Shown: positions 1 to 12,305 of the stretch, one piece after another
Layout: each line of letters opens with the position of its first letter
Numbering within the stretch: the stretch's first letter is position 1
NCBI RefSeq assembly: GCF_006345805.1
Contig: NC_043005.1
Coordinates: 17,918,001 to 17,982,000, forward strand
Source: Octopus sinensis
Taxonomy: Eukaryota
DNA: 64,000 nucleotides
Direction: 5' to 3'
Program-made: the position numbers and the translations under genes
Notes under the pieces: generated by a model
The model's database searches: none
Seen by the model: only the letters and a program-made list of their open reading frames with translations
What the model was told of the DNA's origin: nothing

Positions 1-668
1 ATGGGGAGATATATATATATAAAAATCAAAATAATAAAGTGAAACTGTAATTCGATTTTATGTTATAATATAGCTTTTATGCAGCTATATTTATAAGAAT
101 AGTGAACGTGTAAATTTTCTAAAGACTTTTATATAATCGATAAACTTTTTTAAAAAATGGACAGTCGCTTCGTTTAATCAATGTTGTAGTTAGTGCTAAA
201 TACCACTTCTCTTCGCATAACAATCATTGTTTCAATTAAAATTGCTCTTTGTTTTATATGTGCTATTATTACTGTTGTTGTTGTTGTTGTTAATATTTTG
301 CCTTGCAGCATAGATTTAACTATTTATTTAGTTTACGCTCATTTTTGTTGGTTTATGTTTTCACTTTTTTTTTCTGCAATAAATAAGATGAGTTTTAAAG
401 AAAAGATTGCATTTAGAAGAGCAATAGTTTATGGGATTACGAATAAACAAAGGCATCAAAAACAAATGAAACATAAATCACGTGTTCAAAAAGGCTGTAC
501 GAAGGTCATAATGCATGATCTCCTGCGAAACCAGCATGTGAGTTACAAACGCATAACGAAATAGAGGTAACCTGTTGAAGCTTTGTGGCGTCCGTTGTTA
601 TATATCTTGATAATTATGCAGTGCTCCTATAATTTACATTAGCTACAGTATCGACCGCTAAATATTGA

Positions 669-860
669 TTTCAAATTTTGGCACAAGGCCAGCAAATTTG
701 GGGGTGGTGAATAGTTGATTACATCGACACCAGTCCTCATCTGGTACTTATTTTCTCTACCCCAAGAGGATGAAAGACAAAATCGACCTGGGCGGGATTT
801 GAACTGAACTTAAAGACAGACGAAATACCACTAAGCGTGCTAAGCATTCAACCAGCCTAA
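669..860 (-). mobile_element. SINE-A (working name) degenerate copy, tRNA-derived head plus central domain and 'beta' tail
   Basis: Reverse complement matches the recurrent motif gttcaaat..ccgaggtcgactttgcctttcatcctttcggggtcgataaattaagtacc seen in many copies in this window. Confidence 0.75.
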
Positions 861-959
861 CGAATGCTAAAAATTGAGAAACAATCCTCTGTCGGTATGA
901 TCATGTGTATCCAGTCGTAAAAAACCGTGTATCTAAAGCAACATATTTGTCAGGTGGTG

Positions 960-998
960 GCATGTATGTATGTATATATATATATATAGATATATATA

Positions 999-1075
<77 letters not shown>

Positions 1076-1385
1076 TACATACATACATGCCACCACCTGA
1101 CAAATATGTTGCTTTAGATACACATATATGTGTGTGTGTCTGTGTCTGTGTCTGTGTGTGTCTGTGTGTGTTTGTGCGTGTGTGCCTGTGTGTGTATGTG
1201 TGTGTATGTATATATATATGTATATATATATACACACATATATATGTATACATATATGTATGTATATATATAACTATATATCTGTATATACATACATATT
1301 TTATACACAGACACACACACATATATATATATTTATACATATATATATATACATAAATGCATATATATATATATATATATATATG
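960..1385. repeat. Compound (TA)n/(TG)n microsatellite
   Basis: Direct reading of the sequence. Confidence 0.95.
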
Positions 1386-2920
1386 TTGTTTTATTACCTA
1401 ATGTTCTATTTTAGTTTCATTTGGTTTTGTGTAATCGAAAGGAAACCATTAATAAAGAAAAATAACGCCCTTCAATCAAAACTTTGGTTTATCGAATTGA
1501 AGTATTCCACTTAGACACAGAAAAATTATTCTTCACATCTATCGACATTCAATTTAAAAAAAAATTGTAAATAATTTGATTACTTCAAGTCTGGTGTTTA
1601 AATTCATTTTAAAATGAAAAATATTTTTTGTAGATAATGTATAAAGAGCGTAGAAAGAGAGTATAACTTATTATTCATATATTATGTCAATTTCATTAAT
1701 GTAAAGTGTTTTATAAACACAGGACCACCATAACCCTTTTATATAATCTTTTATATAATCTGGAATTTTTGTGACGATGATTGACAATGTGTCCAATATT
1801 ATGTGCAATTAGCAAGTATGGCTTTGTAACATGCACCATGCTTTCACTAAATTTTTACCAATCATGTAGCTGCGAGCAGACATAGATAGCCTCTCGGCAT
1901 TGTCTCCTTTGACCCAAAGGGAACACACCGGATGTAAATGTTGGGGGAAGAAAGCGCTGTACTAGTACCCAGATGGTACTCACTACAGCAGAATAAATTG
2001 GAACAATGCGATTGGAACACTCGGTTGATGATTTGAACTTACGGCTCTGTGTTCATGAACCCAGCATCCTAATTCCTAGGTCACGTACGTTCACTATTAC
2101 AGAATTAATAAAGAAATAAAGAGAATGAAATACGCCTCTCACTTTACGATTATTAGCATAAGATAACGTCATATTTCGTCATCTGTTTTTCTGACTGGTT
2201 ATCATTATTATTAAAAATAGTGGCTTGTGACAAGCCCTTGCATATTGCTTGTATGATAATAAAGCCAACAACAGATGACTAGAGCACACTCACAATAACT
2301 ACAAAAGAGACACCAGGGCGAAACCGTTTAAATACTATTGAAATAAACCTAAGAACAATGGCCAAATTGTTAAATATTAACATTGAGTTGTCGTTGTTAT
2401 GGTTGTCTAACCCTAAATCATTATCGATTGAACAGATTTATGATCAATGGCGGTCTAACTGTGATCATACAGACATTTTGTGTATCAAGACAACATTGTC
2501 CGATGTGTCCTTTAGAAGACGGTAACGTTTGATCTGAGAGAGATTTGGTTGCCTTTCTGGTAGGCTGGACAGCCGTGTGTAAGCTTCCTCTCGTATTCAT
2601 GATATTTAGTGACTTGTAACATTAAAGTTCATATCAGAGGGGCATAAATACAGCACAAATAGAAAAAAGAACGAACCAAAACATAGAAATAAGAGTTAAG
2701 AATGCTAATACTTTAGTTAAATATTTAATTCAACAAATAAAAACACCAACGATATTATTGAGAGAAAGCGCCTACGTTCTACACACTAAATACGAATACT
2801 GTATAGTCTCATATAAGAAGTACAAGGAATCAATTGAAAGTAATCAGCTAATAGACAAACAGTTACAAACGTACAGAGAAATATTGCACTAAAACGGTTC
2901 AATTTTTATATCAAATATGT

Positions 2921-3253
2921 GGCACTCTTTCGGGTTCCAGTTGATCCAATCAACGGAACAGCCTGCTCGTGAAATTAACGTGCAAGTGGCTGAACACTCC
3001 ACAGACACGTGTACCCTTAACGTAGTTCTCGGGGAGTTTCAGCGTGACACAGAGCGTGACAAGGTGGCCCTTTGAAATACAGGTATAAGAGAAAGAAGAA
3101 AGAGTGAGAGAAAGTTGTGTTGAAAGAGTACGGCATGGTTTGCCACCACCACCCCGTCGTGGAGCTTTAGGTGTTTTCGCTCAATAAACACTCATAATGC
3201 CCAGTCTGGGAATCGAAACCGCGATCCTACGACCACTGGGCCATTGCGGCTCC
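2921..3253 (-). mobile_element. SINE-C (working name), tRNA-derived SINE with a short deletion in the head
   Basis: Homologous to the full-length copies at 46263-46651 and 48898-49280. Confidence 0.85.
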
Positions 3254-3683
3254 ACATCAATTATGTAGAACAGGCAAGTTTATAACACCTACCACACTCA
3301 CAACAGGATACGACACTCGACGATTCTGTTCATATATATTCAAAAGAATACATGATATCAAGGATCAAATAATTAAAGGTCTAGTTTTAAATAATGAAAA
3401 ATATACAATCAACAATATTGGCAAGATTCAAGATCCAGGATTACCGTATAATAGCATTAATGACATCTATTTAACACTTGTAGCTGCTGAAGACAGCAAA
3501 GCTCTTCAAATATCAATCTATTTGAGATATTTGAAGTTGAAATTACAATGTAAATAAATAAGGAAGCATGATGAGTTCTTAATAGAGATGTCATTGAAAG
3601 TTATGGATACTATTGTTTTCCATATTGTATACAGATGCGCATGCGCACCCACACGTGCACACTTATGTATGTGTATATTTGGA

Positions 3684-3739
<56 letters not shown>

Positions 3740-3746
<7 letters not shown>

Positions 3747-4100
3747 GCTTTATTTAAAAGCAGCAGAAATATAACAAAAGCTGTTACTCAGAGTTTCACG
3801 TTCCCGTTCGTCGGACAGTTTTGCTAGAATAGAGCAGAAATAACAATATGTTCAAAGATACACCTTTAGAAGATACACCTTAAAGGATACACCTTTAAAA
3901 ATGGATTTGTTTCATTGGTCCTTTCAAATAACGGTCTTAAGCATGCGATAAACAAAATAAACAAAAAATCATTCAATATAAATTATAAATTATAAAATTC
4001 GAGGAAAAAACCTTAAATCGTAGAGCGGATTCAAAATACACATTGTCATTAATTATCTATGAAATATAATTCGATTAATACAATTAATACATTAAAAATT
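3740..4100 (-). mobile_element. Penelope-like pseudo-LTR/3' end carrying a hammerhead fold, next to (TATC)n
   Basis: Contains the HHR at 3781-3818 followed by AATAAA and a (GATA)n tail on the minus strand, plus 3x gatacaccttta. Shares short motifs with the 3' UTR of the Penelope element at 4680-4997. Confidence 0.55.
3781..3818 (-). ncRNA. Minimal type I hammerhead ribozyme fold, variant core CCGACGA, GUA cleavage triplet
   Basis: Minus strand reads ctgt-CCGACGA-acg(ggaa)cgt-GAAA-ctctgag-UA/acag. Stem I is 4 bp, stem II 3 bp, and stem III is the near-palindrome ACUC-U-GAGU. Confidence 0.65.
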
Positions 4101-4997
4101 AAAATATTTCACAACAGTATATACGCATACTAAACCATCAATATACATATCTACAGCAAAATACACATATAGATGTACACAGACCACATACATATGCAGA
4201 CATATATAGGCAAGACGTAAATATACACACAAATACACATATACATATGTATACGCAATCTTGCTCGCATGCAAAAATCATTTGGTGTATACATATAGAC
4301 AAGAAGCAAAACGCAGAGAGGGGGAGGAAAAAGAAAAAAAGGTTACGATTTTATAAGCAACAGATAGCTAAAGAAGTGAGTAAGGGAAGGGGAGGGGCGA
4401 GCGTTCACAAAATAAAATTACGTATATATGTATATATAAAAGTGTATATTAGCAGTAAATACACATATAAGAACACATATATAGATATATAGAGATAAGT
4501 ACGTAAATACACATCCACACAAATTCAAGTGAATACGTGCATATATATACATCCATGTATGTATGTGCATATGTATAAACATACACGCTTACTATACATA
4601 GGCGCATACATACAAATACATATGCATGCCAACAATACAAATATTCACATAAAAACATGTCTAGGTCCTTACGTATATACAAACAACGTTATTTAAAAAA
4701 ATTGCTGAGAACATAAATAAAATTTAGATAAAAGATATGCAAAATAGAACACCCTATATCTAATTATCTATGAATTAAACGATTAAAATGGGTTTATAAA
4801 ATACAATAAAATGAAATAAATTAAAAGCAGAATCCTAAACAAGAAAAAAATAATATTTGTATATAACAGTCGAAGGTTTTCCTTAAGAAATATGTCTAAA
4901 TATATACAAAAACTTTGCGATGCGGAATAAATCATGCATAATACGAAACAAATCCAACAGTGTGATCAAAAACTAGTCCGAGGATCAAAAATATACG

Positions 4998-5936
4998 CTA
5001 TCCATATGGAATATTGCTGGTTGACATTTTAAATTTAGCTGCGAGTCTGTATGAATTCAAGAGTTCACTTCTTTGATTTAAAGAATTATTGTCCTGGAAT
5101 AAAATAAAATATTTTTCCAGTAAACATAAATCGCACTCGGTCGTTCTTTTATGAGCACCGTGCCTGTATGGCGCAGCTCTATCCAAAATACTCCATGTCA
5201 CGCTGAAAGGTCGGGCTTTTTTTTCTTTTAATTCCCAGACATATTTCGCCAGGCTGGTCTTCGTCCTGTTTTCGGGGTATCTAAAGGAATTTTTATGCGA
5301 ATAGAATTTTCAGAAGCCCCTGTATAAGTTCTATATTCGCGTGAGCCTTCTATCTACACCTTGGCTCTATATACGATCCCTTCCTCCAGACATTTCCCTT
5401 CCAAAGGACAGGAGGACCCATCTTTGAAATTACAATTTTTAAGAGAATCGGCACTATGGTTATTAGTAATTATCCTACTGTTGTGTTGGTTAACAAAAGA
5501 GGCGAACATTCTACAGCAAGAATAGCTGATCTTAAGCGTTCTTCTACTAAATCTATATATATAAAACTCAACTTGTGTGTCTGTGTGTTTAACTTCCCGG
5601 CACATCTCCTCCTAGCCAACAAATCGTAGAACCACCAAAAATGGGTCACTTAAAGTTTAGGCGAATGAAAATTGAACTGCGCTATTTCTGTTCCGAAATT
5701 CATCTCGCAAGTGCAAAAATCGATAATGTGTTTGTTTAGGCCTTATCCCATGCATTGAATAGTGAACTTTACTCAGTTAGCTGTTTGACGTGAACTGTGT
5801 TCACCACGCGTGCAAGCATGCGTAAATTGCATGAAAAATAAAAAATCAAGATATAAAAACGAATCGCCGTAAACATTGTAGAAATTCGACAAAGAAATGA
5901 ATTTTCGGGATGTAGCCTGAAGGGTTTTTCGTATTA

Positions 5937-6007
<71 letters not shown>

Positions 6008-7660
6008 ATATATATATCATCATATATATATATATGAGAGTATGATAGAAGAAGGCTAACTCTTCCTTCCGTAGAAGAAAAAATTCAAATCGGACCATGT
6101 TAACACCAAAAATTATTTACATCAAAAAGGTGCCTTTTTTCTATGAAAATCCCTATTTTTTACGATGTTTTGACTGCTGTGTCGCCATTTTTCGGTGTAT
6201 TTCACTTAAAGAGAATAATAAGCTACATACTGCCAAATTTTTATTTTTCAAAACTTCCAATTCTAAAGGGTTTAAACAAAGCGCAACGCCGGGCGATACT
6301 GCTAGTATTCTATAAAACTTATGGTCAGGTTGAAAATGCCTAGAGACTAATTTCAAGAATTCCCTACCTATATTTGTTTTTACGACCAAATTGAAAGCTG
6401 GGTTAAACCACAAAACTTTCCTAGTCCTAGTTCTACGTGTAGCATTACTGCTAGCATTAAGTTGGTTATACTAGATCTTCTCAGAGAATCCACTATTCCT
6501 TAATGCGCTATTGTAATAAGGTGCAGCATTTTGGAATGCTGCCTCATCCGAAGAAATTGATGATATTCGTCTACCTACATTACTGACTAAGTTCCCTAAG
6601 ATTAACTAGCGGATGATCAGGTTCTTTGCTAATATAAGAAAGCTTATCATTAGGCTTACGGTAAGGTTTAAATTGATTCGACCTTAAATCCAAATTTACA
6701 TCTAAAAATTCTATACTTTCCAGGTTAGTATTTATCGTAACCCGTAAGCCCATCCTTTGGAAGAAAGCAAAAAGGTCCTTCCTAAGTTTATCTGATTCAT
6801 GGCCGTTTAAATTATGAGTGACTATAAGGCCGTCATCCCTATATAAACCTGAGTCTATAAACGGGAATTCTATTTTTAGATTGCGTAGAACATAAGCTCC
6901 TATGAGCATACATAACTCAGCCCCATCGTATTCCCCCTTCGGTACATCGAAAAGAGAATCCTCACTCTTCTTAACCCAGGTGGAATCCTCGTAAAAAAGA
7001 AGTGATTGCCTCTCATGTATGATATCAATTTCCGAGTTATCGATGTTGACATACTACTTGGCGAAGTCTGATGCTTTTAGGAGTAAAGTCTAAGATATTG
7101 ACGGGTAAAAGTCAATAATATCAAACTGCGTATAATTGCAGTTATACCTATAGTTAATCCCTTTAAACCAATCTATAACTGATTTACTATTCTTCCAAAT
7201 TCTCAAATCTAATTCACTATCTAACTTAGTTAAAATACGGTCCAAAATATATTTGCTAATAATGCCTATTTCAGTTTTAGCCGGATGAATCAATCTACAT
7301 TTAGGGTTTCTATTAAAATTGGCTTTATGGTCTTTTAAGGTAATAAAAGCGGGTCGCGGGGAAAGATATTCTATCCTATCGCTAATCTTAAGATTGTTAG
7401 CTATTCTTCTTGCTTCCAAATTCACCTCTTTGAAACAAGAAGTATAAGTGATAAGATGATAACGGTCTGTCACTGATTTGGCTGTAAACTCCATTAAGGC
7501 TTCCTTAGCTGGTCCATCTTCATAGGCCTTCTTCACCAGATCGAATTGTTGTCTATAGACGCTTGCTCTGACGTTGAGTTTTTTAAGGGATGGGATTGGT
7601 CGCATTTTATTGGTATTTGTAGTTACTGCTTCCACATGACCACCAATGGTTGTCCTGAAT
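4998..7660 (-). mobile_element. Penelope-like retroelement (RT plus GIY-YIG endonuclease), decayed and interrupted by a Helitron
   Basis: Contains PLE motifs AFITLKDHK..PKCRLIHPAKTEIG, FDIIDFYPSI, GEYDGAELC, GLYRDDGL, WFNPAFNLVVKTNIGREFL, ISYSC, CPLEGKCLEEGIVY..YTG and CDLCLLEK. Frameshifts and stops are present. Confidence 0.92.
5552..6305 (+). mobile_element. Non-autonomous Helitron
   Basis: 5' TC(TATATATATAAAACTC), 3' gcaacgccgggcgatactgCTAG, inserted between A5551 and T6306 with no TSD. Removing it restores the host Penelope frame. The same termini occur at 17099-17602 and 28979-29383. Confidence 0.88.
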
Positions 7661-7695
7661 CATTCACCATGACCTGAATCATTATCAAGGTCTAC

Positions 7696-7736
7696 ATACA
7701 TACATACATACATACATACGTACATACATACATACA

Positions 7737-7771
<35 letters not shown>

Positions 7772-7851
7772 GTATATATATATATAATATATCTATATAT
7801 ATGTATATATATATACATACGTACGTACACACCCAAACACATAGACACACG

Positions 7852-7899
<48 letters not shown>

Positions 7900-7903
7900 A
7901 ATA

Positions 7904-8000
<97 letters not shown>

Positions 8001-8010
8001 GTCTATCTAA
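7696..8010. repeat. (CATA)n/(TA)n/(TATC)n compound microsatellite
   Basis: Direct reading of the sequence. Confidence 0.95.
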
Positions 8011-8306
8011 CTACAAAGAAAAGAATGTTTTCCAGAGAAATTAAGCAAACACCAGAACATAGGCGGGCAAGACAGATGAAAATTATATAAACAATCTGCG
8101 GTCAAAAAATTACGTAAGTAATTTATCGGTAAAAGACAAAACCAGTACACGATTAATTCTTGATTTTTATATAATTTTTATCTGTTTTTCCCACCTATGC
8201 TCTAGTGTTTGATGAATTTCTCTGGAGAACATTCTTTTCTTTGTAGTTAGATCCTATGTGATCTTCTCCTAGCAAATTGTTTATCCACCTAATGGTTTAT
8301 TCCTAA

Positions 8307-8351
<45 letters not shown>

Positions 8352-8357
8352 CACACA

Positions 8358-8421
<64 letters not shown>

Positions 8422-9053
8422 TATATAATATATATATATACATATACACATATATATATATACACACACACATATATATGTATGTATATATATATGTATA
8501 TACATATATATATATATTATATATATATTATATATATATAATATATTATATATATTATATATATATAATATATATATATTATAAACAACTTATAAACAAG
8601 GGCAAAAGAAGAAATTCTAATGCCAAAATAAATGAAATACTTACTTATACCTATAGAAGAAGCAAACGCTAAGTCATGAGCATACTTAAGTACCCCAAAT
8701 AAATCCCAAATAGAAAATCTTCAGCACATCTCGAGACACGTGTGATTCGCACTGAAAACTTTCATAGAGTTAGAGAGTCTGGAAGTGAACACTATTAAAT
8801 TTACATCTTATACAGGATAAAACTTTTCGAAAAACAATTCTGTCAATGGCCAGCATATTAAAAAATACCTTTAAAGGTTAAATTTATAAACAACTTATAA
8901 ACAAGGGCAAAAGAAAAAATTCTAAGGCCGTGTCTTAAGGTGTGCTGGAGAATTTCTATTTTTTATATATTTGGGGTACTTAAGTGTGCTCATGCCTTAG
9001 TGTTTGCTTCTTCCATGGGTATAAGTAAGTATTTCATTTATTTCTTACCGTAT

Positions 9054-9100
9054 TTGTCGCTGACGAGGAGAAAATTCTGAAATTGGGACCTATGCGATAA
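9054..9100 (+). ncRNA. Hammerhead-like fold, copy 1 (CUGACGA core, short stem II, G17)
   Basis: ttgtcg-CTGACGA-ggagaaaattct-GAAA-ttgggaccta-T-G-cgataa. Stem I is 6 bp with one GU pair. Confidence 0.45.
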
Positions 9101-9517
9101 TAATGGAATTGTTTTAGAAATTTCTGTCGGCTTACTTCGAGGCGCGTGCTTATAGTGATAAAATTATATGGTTAATGACGATTTGTCTATTTTCAGCATA
9201 TTTGGCATTAGAATGTTTTTCTTTTGCCCTTGTTTATAAGTTGTTTATAAATTTAACCTTTAATGGTATTTTTTAATATGCTGGGCATTGATAGAATTTG
9301 TTTTCGAAAAATTTTATCCTATATTAGATGTAAATTTAATAGTGTTCACTTCCGGACTCTCTCACTCTATGAGAGTTTTCAGTCCTATCGCACGTGTCTC
9401 GAGGTGTGCTGGATAATTTTTATTTTGGATATATTTAGGGTACTTAAGTGTGCTCATAACTTAGCGTTTGCTTCTACCATGGGTATAAGTAAGTATTTCA
9501 TTTATTTCTTACTGTAT

Positions 9518-9578
9518 TTATCGCTGACGAGGAGAAAATTCTTATGAATTAACTCTGAAATTGGGACCGATGCGATAA
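9518..9578 (+). ncRNA. Hammerhead-like fold, copy 2 (CUGACGA core, extended stem II, G17)
   Basis: ttatcg-CTGACGA-ggag.aa.aattc(ttat)gaatt.aa.ctct-GAAA-ttgggaccga-T-G-cgataa. Stem I is 6 bp and stem III is the near-palindrome AUUGG-GA-CCGAU. Confidence 0.55.
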
Positions 9579-9807
9579 TGGAATTGTTTTAGAATTTTCT
9601 GTCGGCTTACTTCGAGAAGGGTGCTAATAGTGATAAATTATATGGTTATTGACGATTTGTCTATTTTCGGCATATTTGGCATTAGGATATTTTCTTTCGC
9701 CCTTGTTTATAAATTTAACCTTTGAAGTTATTTTTTGATATGCTGGCCATTGATAGAACTTTTTTCGAAAAAATTTATCCTATATTAGATGTATGTATGT
9801 ATGCATG

Positions 9808-9884
<77 letters not shown>

Positions 9885-10439
9885 TATATATATATCTATA
9901 TATATCTATATATATAGTATATATATATATGATGAATATGTGGTGTATAAGGACAGGTAATAAGCACTCAGAGCTATCTAATGAGCCAGGGTATAAACTA
10001 GTTCCATAAATACTCATCAGCAAAATGCAATAGACCAGCAGGTTTAAGAATTCGGTAATTCACAAATTTTGCTCACCCTCACCCACGCACATCACTGTAT
10101 CTATCAGATTATCGGATGTTATTCACCGCTGGTCACAATCTTTTGAATAAAGTTTCTAAATTTGATAGATAAATTCGAGGGATTGCTTTGATACAATGAT
10201 AGAAAGCCTGCCATATCTACAGGAGATGTAGGTTCAATCGCTACGAGCAGCCTTCGGTTCTTTTTGTCCAAAAGAGGGTTTTCAGTCCAACATTAACATG
10301 CTATTATTTATAATCTTATGTGAGCGTTGAGATTCCAAAGCAGATTGCAAAAAGAATTACAGTCAACAGAAATGTTTAATTAGCAGAGATAAATATGGTA
10401 TTAATAATTATTTAAAATTTTTTCCCCAGAAGGGTAGCT

Positions 10440-10858
10440 TGGGAGAAGCGGGGATGAGTCGATCACATCGAGCCCAGGGTTCAACAGGTACTTATTTTAT
10501 CGACCCTGAAAGGATGAAAGACAAAGTCGACCGCGGCAGAGTTTGAACTCAGAACGTAGCGACGGGCAAAATACCGCTAAGTATTTCGTCCAGCTTGCAA
10601 ACGATTCTGCCAACTCGCCGCCTTAAACGTGGTATTAATAGCGATTTCAAATTTTGGCACGAGGACAGCAATTTCAGGGGAAGGAATAAATCGATTACAT
10701 CGAAACACGTGATCAACCGGTTCTTATTTTAAATCAATCCACGAATGGATGCAAGGCAAAGTCAACCATGGTGGAATTTGAACGCAGGACGCAAAGACGG
10801 ACGAAGCGCCGCTAAGCATTTTGCCCGACGTGCTAACGATTCTGCCAGCTCACCGATT
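10440..10858 (-). mobile_element. Two adjacent SINE-A copies
   Basis: Two matches to the SINE-A head and core, ending ...ctgccaactcgccgcc (10624) and ...ctgccagctcacc (10855). Confidence 0.85.
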
Positions 10859-11214
10859 TAAATATGGTGCTAATAATACTAGAAATGAAATTTCTGTGGG
10901 GGCTTGTAAACAACCTACATTACCGTTCACAAATTGTCAAGTAAAATACATTTATCCTCGTTTATCAAGGGTTAAAAAAAAACTCATTGAGTAAAATGGA
11001 TTAAAAAAACACGAAGAAAATAGATTTAGTTCCAAGACTCTCAAGTTATCTTGAGCATTGTGGACTGTCAGTTGCAATCGCTTTTGTGGTCTTAGAAGTT
11101 TTTGACTGATCGTCGACCCGTGTTATCACCAATTCGTGATAAGCGTAATAATGTCCTCATTTGCGCGTACCGTGTTAGTCGGATCAGTGATGAATGAAAT
11201 AGTGGGAGACGAGG

Positions 11215-11246
<32 letters not shown>

Positions 11247-11256
11247 TATATATATA

Positions 11257-11297
<41 letters not shown>

Positions 11298-11299
<2 letters not shown>

Positions 11300-11472
11300 C
11301 GCAGGCATGGCTGTGTGATAAGAAGCTTGCTTCCCAAACACATGGTTCTGGGTTCAGTTCTGCTGCGTGGCACCTTATATAAGTGTCTTCTACTATAGCC
11401 TCGGTCCGACCAAGCCTTGTGAATGGATTTGGTAGACAGAAATTGAAACAAGCCCTTCATACACACACACAC

Positions 11473-11565
<93 letters not shown>

Positions 11566-11735
11566 CACACATACGTCTCCGAAACTTAGACGTTCGGCAA
11601 AAGGGATTAATAGAATAAGTATTAGGCTTAGAAAGAATAAGTCCTGTGGTCGATTTGTTCGACTAAAGGTGGTGCTCCAGCATGGCCACAGTCAAATGAC
11701 TTAATCAAGTAGAAGAATCAAAGACTAAAAGAAAT
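11298..11735 (+). mobile_element. SINE-B (working name), tRNA head plus CORE-like ccttgggcaagtgtctt domain and internal microsatellite
   Basis: Homologous to the copies at 26246, 39986, 53047 and 62084. The internal tract here is (CA)n rather than (TA)n(TG)n. Confidence 0.85.
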
Positions 11736-11766
11736 ATGTGTATGTATGTATGTATGTATGTATTTG

Positions 11767-11823
<57 letters not shown>

Positions 11824-11884
11824 ATCTCTCTATCTATCTATCTATCTAATATTTTTGATATATATATATAATATATATATATAT

Positions 11885-11916
<32 letters not shown>

Positions 11917-11919
11917 ATT

Positions 11920-12235
11920 CTCGTCCTAGGCTTCTCTGCTGATGAGACACGCCAGTTGTAAGCAAATTTAATTTAAATTTAATTTAATTTAATTAATCTG
12001 TTTACCAAAGTTTGTCGAAACTATGCATAGTCCAGAGATGAAAAGGGTATATGTTTTTATTTCTCTTCCAATTTTAGAATTACAACTATTTAGCGGTTTG
12101 AGTTTGGCTGCTCTTTCTAGTGAGTCGAATGGCCTATCAGGGACATTCCTTAATATTGTTGAATGTATATTACATATCTTTTCTTTCTCACTAGGCCGCT
12201 GGTAGCGGAGAATTTTTCTAGAATCTTTTGCTACT
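11920..12235 (+). mobile_element. Probable Penelope-type pseudo-LTR fragment between (TA)n tracts, carrying a hammerhead ribozyme
   Basis: Short non-coding island containing the HHR at 11933-12038. The PLE assignment is inferred from the HHR type and context. Confidence 0.45.
11933..12038 (+). ncRNA. Type I hammerhead ribozyme with fully canonical core, GUC cleavage after 12032
   Basis: tctctg-CTGATGA-gaca..(63 nt AT-rich loop)..tgtc-GAAA-ctatgcatag-TC/cagaga. Stem I is 6 bp, stem II 4 bp, and stem III is the perfect 12-nt palindrome ACTATGCATAGT. Confidence 0.8.
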
Positions 12236-12258
12236 CTTATATTATTAATATTATATAT

Positions 12259-12305
<47 letters not shown>

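Larger units (their letters stand above)
8579..9793 (+). mobile_element. Non-coding tandem element (about 464-478 bp unit, ~1.9 direct copies) with a 5' inverted segment; hammerhead-like fold in each direct unit (retrozyme/mini-PLE-like)
   Basis: gtgtct..gtgtgctgg recurs at 8930 and 9394, and CTGACGA at 9060 and 9524. 8579-8927 is an inverted, internally deleted copy. Flanked by (TA)n. Confidence 0.7.

Noticed and set aside
193-564. 123-aa ORF with a possible donor CAT|gtgagt near 537
   Set aside because: Low-complexity N-terminus, no recognisable domain and no phase-linked partner exon.
2220-2260. Plus-strand ACDKPLHIACM, an ankyrin-like motif
   Set aside because: Short, closed by a stop, on the opposite strand to the supported gene; likely chance.
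9990-10025. Minus-strand CTGATGA..GGAACTAGTT hammerhead-like string
   Set aside because: GAAA is mutated and stem I does not pair; at most a decayed PLE ribozyme.
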